Assembly (NCBI RefSeq): GCF_018977255.1
Contig: NW_024704742.1
Location: 30,754,001 to 30,818,000, forward strand
Source of the DNA: Callorhinchus milii
Taxonomy: Eukaryota
DNA: 64,000 bases
Direction of reading: 5' to 3'
Program-made: the position numbers and the translations under genes
In this document: positions 52,272 through 64,000 of the stretch, one piece after another
Layout of the letters: each line of letters opens with the position of its first letter
Position numbering within the stretch: the stretch's first letter is position 1
Notes under the pieces: generated by a model
Databases searched by the model: none
What the model was told of the DNA's origin: nothing
What the model saw: only the letters and a program-made list of their open reading frames with translations

Positions 52272-53650
52272 GTCTCCTTGAGATAAGACAGGTTTCTTTT
52301 TTTTCTTAAAAAAAATCACTGCTGATAAGTGGAGAAATCGTGTCACTGGGTGCATCAAGTCGCTCTCTGGATCAGTATCTATTGATGTCAAGATGCTACC
52401 AATTGTTTCTGTTATTTCTCTTCACCCCCAGACTGTTTCTTCTTTTGTTTTTAAAAAAAAAAAACGACTTGTATACTGGCACTATTTCCTATTCGGCCCT
52501 TAAAGCAGGGAAAACAATATCGATTGCAATAATTTTTAATGTTTATAAGATTCTTAACACACCTTGCATCCAAATTTGATTATCTCCCTATTTGCATGTT
52601 AGCGTTAACAATGTAAATAAGCACTCGACTATGTAATCTGTATTTGTACAAACACTGTAAATACATTTCAAGTGAGCTTTCAAACCCAGAACTGATCAAA
52701 ACATGGAAAAAGGTCCTTTTAAATTACTGCATTTCTAGTATTGTATTTCTTTTATTTCTTTTGATTTTGTGACAGTGTCAAACAAGCATCTTGCAATTTC
52801 AGGGAGCAGTTTTTGTTACACACTTGACAGACTTATTTTACCTTTTTTTGTATGCGTGCGCACGTGCTCGAGTGAGCGAGTGTATGTGTGCCTTGATCTG
52901 TACTCGCTGTAGGTATGTTAGGAGGCGGGAACAGAAATTAAAGGTTCTATTTTCAACTTTTTTTAAAAAAGCAAACCTTGAAGATGGAGGGGGAGTGGGG
53001 AGAGAAAATAAGTATTGGTATGGCTGTATTGTATTGTTTACGTTTGAAAGTTTCTAATTCATGAAACCTCGCTGTCACTTGAGGAGGTCTGCTGTTTTGA
53101 ATTGCACATGTACACTAAATATAAAGGACTAGCAAAAGACTTCCTTCTCTACGCTCGCTGTGTTTTATTCATGCCTCGCTTGGCGATTCAAAGATTGAAT
53201 AATCCACAGCTTTTTCCATTGCCAGCTTTGATCGCATCAAGAATTATTTTACCATTTGGCTGACCACATTTTGTGTGTGTGCGTGTGTTTTTAAAAAAAA
53301 TTATAGCACTGAATATTTATTTATAAATGTTTACGACATAGCAGGTCACAAAATTAGCAAAATGGGAAAGATATACGGTTGGGGCGGTGGGGGGGGACTG
53401 GAATGCCAGCTGTTATTGCAGATTTTTACTAAATTATTGGAATTTTTATATTGATTCTTTGATAGATATGAACTGCTGTGCTTTAGGATATTGAAATAAA
53501 AAACGTATCACTTTTAAACTTTTTATATATGTTTTTTTTGAAACCGTTCAAAGATCAGCAATAAAAAAAAAACACGATTTGTTGGGTAGGAGTATTTTCC
53601 TTTGCAGAAGCATGGCTGTAATAAAAAGCATTTTATAATGTTCTGTAATA
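52272..53650 (+). other. USP38: USP38 3' UTR with clustered AATAAA poly(A) signals
   Basis: AU-rich, TE-free stretch after the stop. AATAAA at 53495, 53560 and 53620, followed by T/GT-rich sequence at about 53700-53790. Confidence 0.65.
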
Positions 53651-56253
53651 TTAAACACTATTGGTACAACTAATCTATTCAGTTGCAGCACTGAATTTCT
53701 CTTCATATCTGTTTCTCTTTCTGCTTTGTTTTCTTTAAAAATCATTTTCTTGGTTTCTTTTTTTTCCCCTGGATTTTATGTCTGTCTGTCCAGTGAGTAA
53801 AATCTGAACACTTTCAAAGTCAGGTAATTTGAAATTATAAAATGGCTTTTATTGCTTTTTTTTAAAAGAAAAGGATATGGTCCAAAGGTTGTTTGTCAAT
53901 GGCCCAACGTCCTTCAAAGACTATCCGGGGATGCTATTTCTAAGCGATACTACGAACATTCATTCTACACTGGCATTCATTTATACTTGTCACAATCAGT
54001 GCTCCGATTATCCTAATGGTGTCAATTCTTTGAGTGACTGGAACAGTGAGAGAATTGCAGTCAGAATAAAAACCTTAAAATGCACACAAATTGAGTAAAG
54101 GCAACCTGCTCACCAACTGATACGTAAGAATTTGCTAGACGAAAGAAGACCAAGGTCCATCCAGTTCGCCTCCACCATCCTGGGTAGTCACTTGCACATG
54201 TCGTCCCAAACTATATACTGTACCCTGAGATTGACACTTTCTGGTTCCACTGTCTCCCTCGGGAGCCTGTTCCATACATTTGTTTCTGCAGATTTGTTTT
54301 GAATTTAACCCCTTCAATCGCATGCCTTTCCTCTGGTGCTACTGTTAAGCCAGCTTATCATGGTCTACATTATCTCTAGCCTCTTTAGAATATTAATGAA
54401 TCTGATGAGCAGTCTGGGTTGTTAGGTTTTAAGTAGGATGTGTTTTCATTTTCTACCAGCCCAATTTATAAATTATTACCTTGGATATCAGCCAAGGTCC
54501 TCAGCATTGATTTACTGACTTGTATACACAATAGTATCACAAGATTGGTTTGGATGAAGAAGGCCCTTCGGCCCATCTAATAAGCAGCAGTTAATATTTA
54601 TTTGGACATGAGGTAAATTTATACTTTTTGTGATGTGCACTTTCTGTAACAGGATGGAAAGATGGAAATGAATGAAATAATTTTTTTTAAACGAAAATCG
54701 TCAATGGATCATGATTTCTGACTGCATAACAACCACACTCAGTTATTATTGATGATACCTTATTTTCCTTCCCTTACCTCTTCCAGAAATGTAATTTGTA
54801 CCCAGTCTTGGCTTGGTAGTGAGACGTGTTGAGATTTAGCTAGAATTGTTGCAGTAAATTGGTCTTTAACAACAATTTGCATTTATACAGGGTGAATCAG
54901 AAGGCCTTACTCTGAGTTTTTAATTATTACTTATAATTTTTTTAAGATAGCATTGGTAGTGTGTGCATTTATTATAGGCGATGTCTTTTGTTGCATTTGT
55001 GAATTTTTTTGTCACAGAGTTGATATGTGTAACATGGCACACATTTTGAACATCTCATAGACCTAGGAGTAAGGACTTTTGATTCATTCTGTATAGCATC
55101 TTTCACAGCGGGAGGATGTCTCAAAGTCTTCACACAACTGATTGAGAGTCAGTATGGTGGCCGGGTGTGGGGGTTGGAAGCTGAGGAGGGGAGAGGAAAG
55201 ATGGCTGAAAGCACAGTTGAAGAGAATGATCTTAGGGAGAGAGGCAGGCGGAGGGATTTCAGTATGGAATTCCAGAGAGTTGGGACGGAATGACTGAGGG
55301 CTCGTCCAATGATGGTAGAGCAGAGCGGGCGGGGGATGTGAAGAGGGCTGGTCTTTGCTGCACAGTAATCGGAGCTAGGGTGGATCCAGGCTGTGGAGGC
55401 ATTTGAACGTGAGGGCAAGGATCTTGAAATTGATTCGCTGGAGGTTAGAGAACCATTGGAGCCGAGTGAGAAACTTCAGTTTGAGTTCTATAAGGGAATC
55501 GCTTAATAGTTCCCATGCCAACAGTCGTCTTAACAGTTTCAAGCCTATGAAGATGGTGACAAAATAAGGAGACGAATTACACTTTCAAATGTAGCAGGTA
55601 AATTCCTTCAAGCAAGCCGTGACCGGGGTGAGAATTGCAGTATTCTTGCACACATTCAATTGTTTATTTTTGAAAAAAGCATTAAAATGTGTTTTGAAAT
55701 CTTTCTTCCCTCCCATCCCCGTTTTGTGACTAATAATGGTAAAATTCGAAATAATAGTAAAAGCCAAACACTCCAATGCAGTGTTAGTAGAGTGGTGCAT
55801 TGTCAGAGGTGCTGTCCTTTGGATGAGACTTAAAACCAAGGTCCCGTCTGCCTGTTCAGGTGGTATTAAAGATCCCAAGGATACTATTTGAAAAGAAAAG
55901 GGAGTTTCTCCCGATGTCCTGGCCAACAATTGGTTGTTCACTCTGGCTGTTTGTGGGACATTATTGTATGAAATTGGTTTCCATGCTTACTTACATATAC
56001 AGTCTACTCTTCACAGTATATCCAGTGAAGCGCTTTGAGAATTCTTGACGAAATGAATAGGTGCTGTATCAAATGCAAGAGTTTTTATGAAGAGGGTTAG
56101 CGGAGCATAGAGAAGGAACATCTGTTAGACAACAATTCTCTTATATCCTGAGAGGCATTGGACAAACCTCTCCAGATGTTAGGTCAAAACAGGAAGTGCC
56201 TGGTAATGGGATAGATTGTTGACTTTTCCTTTTTATTTAAATTCAGTTGGCAA

Positions 56254-57034
56254 ACAATCAATATTGACTTTGTAAATAGAACAGAAAAAGTTACTGTGCA
56301 AAGGTGCAGGAAAAATCCCAATGTAACACAAAATTAATCCCATCAGCTTCCTTGGGAAAATCTCTTGTATCAACAAAGGTGAACAATGTTAGTTTCATCA
56401 CCGCTACCCTGCCACACACACGTACCGCACCCTGTTCTCCCCTCCTGCTCCTGTTTTTTTGGAAGATCATAATAAATTGAACATTTCCAGTTTCTGTAGC
56501 CTCTCCCATAACTCATATTCCCAATTCCAGCTATCAATCTATATTGCCCTTTGCTCTACCACCCGCCTCCCCAGTCTCCTCCACTAATTTGCAAGTCTCT
56601 ATGTGGAACATTACTGGGTGTAAATTGGCTGCTGTGTTTGCTTACAAAACACAGTTGCTGCACTTTACAGTAATATCCGTGAAACACTTTGAGACATCCT
56701 CCTGATGTAAAAGGTGTAATATCAAATGCAAGGATTATCTTTATTGCTCCAGATGTGGCCAGGTGGTAGGGGAGAGAGGAGGGGGGTTATAGGAGAGGCT
56801 GCAGAAACTGGGAATGTTCAATTTATTACGATCTTTCAAAAGAACAGGAGCAGGAGGGGAGAACTGTGTGTGTGGCAGGGGAGTGGTGATGAAACTAACA
56901 TTGTTCACCTTTGTTGATACAAGAGATCTTCCTAAGGAAGTTGATGGGATTAATTATGTGTTACATTGGGATTTTTCCTATGCATTTGTACAGTAAATTT
57001 TTTCTCTCCTATTTACTAAGTCAATATTGATTGT
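56254..57034. repeat. ~260-bp inverted duplication with ~270-bp spacer
   Basis: 56254-56512 aligns with the reverse complement of 56786-57034. The mirrored ORFs 56291-56509(-) and 56726/56814(+) give near-identical peptides. Confidence 0.92.
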
Positions 57035-58071
57035 CAGGTGCAAAGGATAACAGATCATTCTGGGATGTGAAGCCTATCTGATTTGCTCTGTTTTTAAATG
57101 AAAAGTCATGCTAGATCTGTGTATCAAGCCCATTCCTTTCACAGACTCACAGCACCCACTTCTGCCCTTAACCTCACTTCACCTTCTCATTCTTCTGGAC
57201 AAAAATTCCACACAACACACCCCAATCCCTGAAGGCAAAATACAAAAACTCCAAATCGTTAATCCATCTCCTGGCATCTGCCCTATTCAATCGAGTTCCA
57301 GTTGCCTAAGGTAAAATAATGGTATGAGTTGAACTCCAAATTATACCATTGTGTTGTTGGAAAAAAAAGTTGATTTTTTTTAATATGGGAATGGAAACCT
57401 GTTTCAGAATAGGAAACGCCTTCCTCTCAGGCGATAAATGCAGTGACCCCTTCAGTACTTAAATGATGTCAGCGACTTTGAATCAATCACACAAGATTTT
57501 TAGGACCTTTCGGTGCTGAAGAAATGTATTTACTGGTGGGTGAGAATCTGCTGCCAGTAAAAAAGTGCACTTCAAATCAAAGTTATCAAAATATTAAATG
57601 TAATTTTACACCAACGAATCAATTGTTTAACCAGTAACCAGAAGAGCCACCCATTTTGGATCAAATCTGCAGAGCCACTTGATGCACTAATTGGGAGAAC
57701 AATCCACTAATTGTGGATATGAAAATAGTGAGAAAAATATGACTTTGTGTGCACCTTTCTGCGTTAATAGTTGTTTATGAGTGTGTTTCTCTCTTGTCAT
57801 TCTCCAATCTTCTGCCTTGTGCCTAGGTCTTTCCATAATCTATGCAGTTGTTATCTTCTGTTGCCAGAGCAGTCCCTGTCCATTCAAATCACACATCATT
57901 TTAAAAAAAATAATAATTTGATCACTCAATCCACAACTCGTGATGCTGCTGTGCGCAATTGATATTTCGCCCTCAAAGTATAGCCAATTCACTTTCCAAT
58001 ATATTGTGTGAAGCGCTTTGAGATGTCTCAACAATGAAGCACTATATCAAATGCAAGGATTATTATTATGT

Positions 58072-58445
58072 TGGAGTCCTGTAGCTCAGTGGTTAGAGCA
58101 CTCGTCTCACAAGCGAGACTTGGGTTCGATTCCCAGCGGGGTGAAATGTTGGCTAAGTTTCTTTACTCCACACGCCTCTGTTTACCTAGCAGTAAGTAGG
58201 AACCCGATTATTAATTGATTGGTGGAGCACTTTTCCGGGGGTAATAATTCCTTCAAAAAAGTAATAATAATAAATTGGTCACTCAATCACAACTGTTTGT
58301 GGGACACTGCTGTGTGCAACTGGCTGCCCCGTTTCATCCACAAAGTATCCAGTCAATTCACTTTACAGTATATTCTGTGAAGTACTTTGAGTATACTCTC
58401 GAAGATGTGATAAGGCGCTATATCAAATGCAAGGATTATTATTAT
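58072..58445 (+). mobile_element. tRNA-headed SINE family A, full length (tRNA-Val-like head, ATT-repeat tail)
   Basis: A box TAGCTCAGTGG (58082), B box GGTTCGATTCC (58123), family body, and tail gcgctatatcaaatgcaaggattattatt. Confidence 0.9.
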
Positions 58446-60559
58446 CCTGAATCGCTTGCACACACACGCAAACCTAAGTAAAGTTCCTGGCATTCCAGCC
58501 ACTCTGAATCAAACAGTGACCCTGCGGATATACAGCATTCCATTATATTTTCTCAGAAAACCAGCTGATAATTTTAATGCGCTTTGAGATGTCATCCGAT
58601 GTTAAAGACATTCTATAAATGTAAACTGTATTGTGTAGTCATGATGTGCTAAATTAACTGGGATTTTTTTGTGCCTCAGGTATCCTCTGATACTTCACCC
58701 AAATCGTGTTAGGGTCAAAAGGATGCAGTTTGTAACGGAATTCGTGAATAATGTCTCTGGGTCTCTTAACAGGAAATCCAGACAGTGACACGGTATGCTA
58801 CAGCCAACTCATGGGTTCTTTATTAAGAAGCGACAGGTTCTCACAAGCTGGCTGTGAAATACAGTCAGTCACCCTGAGAACATCTGATCTCTCTTCCCAT
58901 GTCTCAACCCGCCTCCTCTGCCCCACCCAACATGTGAAGAGTAACGATATAAAAGAGGGTAAAGAGACAAGTCATCGAATTAGAACAATTAGCTCCAGTG
59001 AAGGAACTAGCACTATTGTTAAGGCTTGATGGACCAAATGGCTTCTTTGCTGTAATTTCTATTTTCCAAGTGAGTGCAGTTGTTGAGTAGTTGATTTATA
59101 GAATGATCCAGCACAGTAATTGTAGAATTAGCTGAAAAATTGAGAAATTAAATGGAAAGATGGATAAATTCAACAGGGAGAAAAGAGTTAAGGGGTTTGA
59201 TGTTCAGACAGGAAGGAGATGACACCAGTGCTGGTGTGTGGGGCGAGTGTGTGGGGTTGGCTCTTGTACATAGAGCAGAATAAGTTAGATGTGGTCAGTG
59301 GTCTCTTCTCATTCCTACTTATTATGCTTTTCCTGAAATTGAAATATATTGTAGGATATGACTCGCATCACAGCAGGGAGGACTAATGTTTCATAAAAGT
59401 TCAAAAACAGGAAATATTATCAAAATAATAAAAATGATACATTTGAGTCATTACGATTTAAATGGGACATTTCACCACAGGTTAACCCCTGCGCTCACAT
59501 CGTTTTTTCAGGAAATTTCCCCTGACATAAGTTTGCCTGTCCTTTCAGTTTAGCAATTCATTCTTGAACTTTACATTGCACTGTTTCTTCCAGCCAAATA
59601 ACAGGCACAACAGGAAATGAAGCCCAAATTCATTGCAGCTTTTCTCACGATGCACACTGACAGATCAGAGCCAAGTGATGAAAGCTGGGGCATACTGCCA
59701 CATTGAAGTGAACTCCATCTGCCCCACTAATAATATATTGTATTCCACTAATATATTAAGTGCAGCAACACCTCAGCAATATCTGAACTTTCTTCACACA
59801 AGTTTAACCATGGAGTATCATTACCACTGATTACCCAGCGCCAGATCATTTTGCTTCAGTGACATTACTTCCTTCACTTACATAAACCATTGATGCATCT
59901 AATACAATGTCCTGTGAACTTCCACATTCTCTAGTTTCCTGTTCATCTCTCTCTCTCTGCTCCTCTCCTGAAGATACAAGTTCAAGCTTGGGGCCCTACT
60001 GCACTGTGGTACTTCACCAAAAAGGCCATTCTTCAATTGTGAATGAGATTGTGAGTGCCAATAGGCAACTTGCATTCAACTGTGTAGATATTTCAGAGCC
60101 TGATTTTTTCGGCACACATGCATTTTATGCAGGGATCACTGGACGGCAGTTAGGAACTGGAACTCTGACTGATTTGTGCCCATTAACCATGAAACCGTCA
60201 TCCCTGAACAAAGTGTTGTTGTAGTATTATTCCCTAGTATTAATGCTCCACTAACATAAGCCAACTCAACAAATTTTAGGTTTGTATAGCTTAATTTTAC
60301 CCTAATGACTTTACCAACAGAGCCATTGGAAGCTACAATTTAAGATTCAAAGTTTGGAAAAGAACCCAAGATTTTAGCATCTGAAAAACATAGACCTGGT
60401 ATAGTCTTTATTGAGATAATTAAAAACAGAACTGAAACCAGAATAGTAATCCTTGCATTTGATATTGGACCTACAGTGTTGAAACATCTTAAAGTGCTTC
60501 ACAAGTAACTGTTCCCAAGGGTAGTGACTGTATTTGTAGGCAAAAGACAGGGTTTCTGT

Positions 60560-61920
60560 CACACTTCTCCTCCCACTCCCTCTTCGAACCCCTCTCGTCT
60601 GGTTTCCGCTCTGCCCACAGTACAGAGACTGCACTTGTGAAAGTCACAAATGACATCTCTATCTGTGACCAGGACTCCCTCTGCCTCCTTGTCCTCCTGG
60701 ACCTCTCCGCCGCCTTCGACACAATCACGCCATCCTCCTCCACCTCCTTTCCTCCGTTATTCACCTCAGTGGGCCGCACTCGCCTGGTTCGAGTCCTACC
60801 TCACAAACCGCCAGGAGGACATCTGCAAAAACGGCTTCTCCTCCCGCTCAAGGATCCATCCTTGGCCCCCTCCTCTTTCTGATCTACATGCTCTCTCTTG
60901 GGGATGTCATCCGCAGACATGGGGTACATTTCCACATGTACACGGACGACACTCAACTCTATTTTTCCATCTCTCTCCTCACAACAGTACCCGTTGCCTT
61001 CGTTCCACCGGGTCTGGCATCCTCATGGTCCCCCCAGTCCCCTGATGTTCTGTCAGATCTCAGGGGCTGGATGAGCGCAAATTTCCTTCAGCTGAATGTT
61101 GACAAGATGGAAGCCATACTCTTTGGCTCTCATCAACATCTAAAATCACACAGTTCTCACCTACCCTACCTCCCCCTAGAAGTCTCCAGACCCGTCCGCA
61201 ACCTAGGTGTCAGGTTCGACCACTAATTATCCTTCCTCCCCCACATCCGGTCCCTCACCAGCACCGCTTTCTTCCACCTCCGACGCATCGCCCATCTCTG
61301 CCAATACCTCACTCAAAAGCGCTGAAACCTTGGTCTATGCCTTTTGTCACCTCTCGGCTGGGCTATTCAAATGCTCTCCTCGCTGGTCTCCCCTCCAATA
61401 CCATCCATAAAATCCAGTTCATACAAAACTCTACCACCCGCATTCTTACCCGCATCAAACTCCGCTCCCCGATCACCCCAGTTCTTGCCACACTGTACTG
61501 GTTGCCTGTCCCAGAGAGGATCGACTTTGAGATCCTTACTCTTGTCTTCAAATCCATCCACTACTCTGCACCCCCCTACCTCTCTGACCTCTCTCCTCAC
61601 AACAGTACCCGTTGCCTTCGTTCCACCGGGTCTGGCATCCTCATGGTCCCCCCAGTCCTCCGCTCCACCCTTGGCGGCCGTGCCTTCAGCCACTATGCTG
61701 AGGCTCTGGAACTCCCTTCCTCTCGCCCCCTCTCTTCCTATTTTCAGGTCTCTGCTTTCCTTTCGACTGCGCCTTTGGTCACCTTCCTCCTCCTCCCCCT
61801 GGCTCGGCCCCGGGATCCGTTACTGTGAAGCTCTCTGAGACGCCGTCCTGGACTGGAGGGGTTCGAAGAGGGAGTGGGAGGAGAGGTGTAAATCCAAGTT
61901 GTTGTTTTTGTTTGTTGTTG
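60560..61920 (+). mobile_element. L2 LINE, 5'-truncated, frameshifted
   Basis: [23 protein letters not shown] (RT active-site variant), [32 protein letters not shown]; (TTG)n tail. Confidence 0.9.
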
Positions 61921-64000
61921 GTCGGAAGAAAGAACACAAAAGAGCGAATGGTTTATACAGAGTGTCAATGAAAGATAATTTTAAGACTGACTCAGAGAAA
62001 TATTTCTCCACACAAAGGGTAATGAACAGCTGGCTCCCAGTAAGGGTGTTGAAGTCAGGACTCATTTAAGCTGCTTCGTTCTGTCGTGGAAGATAGCAGA
62101 GTACAAAACGTACCAATCAATAAACATGGGATGCAAAAGATCCAAATTTATCAAATGGGTCTGTTAATAATAATTCTTGCATTTGATATAGTGCCTTATC
62201 ACATCATTGAGACGAAACAAAGTGCTTCACAGCATATACTGTAAAGCGGATTGACTGTATTTTGTGGGTGAAACGTGGCAGCCATGTCTATGTTTGCTCT
62301 CAATCTACGTCTTCCTAGAACAGCAGCTGGAATGTCATGCATCTGCAGCACCGATTTAGAAAATAGATGAATTGAAATTACTCCTTTCACTGACTTACCA
62401 GCAGCCCAGAGCTGTGAGTCAAAGTAGCGTTATGAGTTATAAAAGATATTCCATAAAATACAGATGGTGTGAAAATCATGTTGTGAGGCAGGAAGACTGA
62501 GTAAGTAAGTTACTCATTAATGCTTCAAACCCAGTATTTTAAATAGATTTTCCTGTTTTCAAATCCCATTCATCTTCCTGATGGGCTGACTCACACTGGC
62601 ATCCAGTTCCGCAGGTTCTGTTTCATACCACTTCTTGAATGAAGATTCTTCATATGGGAGCACGAACAGTAGGGGGCGGGTGGGGGGAGTGGGAGTAGAC
62701 CATTCGGATATGAAGGACTTGGTCCGATCCTCATCTGACATCCCATAAAGAGTACTGAACAGTGATCAAGCCCAGGCGCAGGAAGCCCGGCTGATTGTAT
62801 TCCACCCTGGCCCAGGGACTGCAAAGGCCTCACTAGGCGATAATTCACCATTGCGGGTCAGTTTCACCCTAACGACAGCTCGGTCTAGATTTTCTCCTTA
62901 TCAGAATCCCCTGTACTTATGGAATCAAAACAGTGAATGGTTACATCCACCTGAGCGACTGCTTGATTCAAAAGAACGGAAATTGAAAGCAAGAATGGGT
63001 TTCAATCAGGAACAAGGGTTCAAGCCTTCTCTCCCAACCGCACCCCCCACCACCACCACCACCACCACACTTCACAGAAGCCTATCGTGTGAATGTTTCA
63101 ATCACTTCCCTGACATCAGTGCACAATAGGATGACCTTATTTTGTAAAACAAAATCCAGGGACACAATATATAAAAAAAATTGAACTCACCGCAATTGCT
63201 GTGGTCCAGTTCTGGGGAAGCTTGTTGGATTAATGGCTGTGTTTCTCTGTTGAGTGTGTCTGGTTAGAATGTTATTGTTCTTACTCAGTTTTGCTGCTGA
63301 ACTCGAGACAGGGCAACTTTGGCCCCAGGGACACAATACCTCATCCGGGGACTGTCTTCGGAAATCGGGGACTTATGGTCACCCTGGCGTACAGCAGAGT
63401 GGGAATTGAACTGGGCACCTTTCAGGTCTACATGGATGAATTCCATTCTAAGCAGAGACTTGATGGCTGTTTTTCTTTCTGTGGCTTTGCTGCACCCATT
63501 GATATCAAGTGAATAATTGGAGGCATGCATTCCCGTACATAAATCACTAATTTATATGAATGTCCCCTTTACCTGGATTGGAGCAGTTCAGTGCAGAGAC
63601 GTTCTGCATTCTAGCTTTACTTTGTCAAGACATCATATCTCTACTTTTCACCCCATCCCACAGAGAACGTTGAAGTAAAATGGAGCTGACAGCGTGCTAT
63701 TTAGGTTTTCATTAAGGTCAGTCCACTTCCAACCGCTCTTTTCCTCGAGACTTCCTGCTTTCACAACTTCAGGAACCATCTGTCTCTCTGTCGGTCACAG
63801 CAGGATTGCCTGGTCACATTTATTCATAGTCTTCAGTCAGCCGCTAAACCATGCACCAAGCTGTTCCAGGTGACTTCCAGATTTCTTTATTCGCGCCCCC
63901 AACCCCCCCACTCCAACTCACTCCAGCCTCATTCAATATGCCATCAGTTACAACCAAGCAGACAAATTCATAACCTTTCACCTCCAGCAGTCACTGTTAC

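Noticed and set aside
56291..56996. Paired ORFs with near-identical peptides on opposite strands
   Set aside because: They are a by-product of the inverted duplication; the frame is broken between arms and there is no recognisable protein or splice context.
58072..58145. Possible tRNA gene (A and B boxes, Val/Ala-like)
   Set aside because: There is no proper acceptor stem, and it continues into a SINE body and tail repeated many times in the window; it is a SINE head.
1..64000. CRISPR arrays, operons, rRNA, intact autonomous transposons or endogenous viral genes
   Set aside because: No regularly spaced repeat-spacer array, no rRNA-like sequence and no long uninterrupted TE or viral ORF; all LINE and transposase remnants are truncated or frameshifted.

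Overview
Eukaryotic (vertebrate) genomic DNA. The repeat content (Deu-domain SINEs, L2, CR1, shark-type Penelope ends) suggests a cartilaginous fish, possibly a holocephalan; this assignment is inference. The only protein-coding gene is USP38 (ubiquitin-specific protease 38) on the + strand. It has 10 coding exons from 26246 to 52271 with GT-AG junctions and consistent phases, giving 3126 nt including the stop (1041 aa). A CpG-island promoter and a probable non-coding first exon lie at about 22.7-22.8 kb. A second promoter-like island with minus-strand splice donors at about 8.8-9.1 kb may be the start of a divergent gene (INPP4B by mammalian synteny). The rest is dense in decayed mobile elements: two tRNA-headed SINE families sharing an L2-like tail, an LF-SINE-like copy, L2 and CR1 LINE fragments, and two hAT elements with TIRs and 8-bp TSDs. 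The most interesting non-coding observations are a Penelope-type foldback with two tandem hammerhead-ribozyme cores in a USP38 intron, an unclassified ~400-bp hairpin-rich A-tailed repeat present four times, a ~340-bp palindrome, a ~260-bp inverted duplication, and a perfect 70-bp templated insertion inside an old L2. I found no clearly new protein-coding system. Repeat boundaries are approximate and were read by eye.
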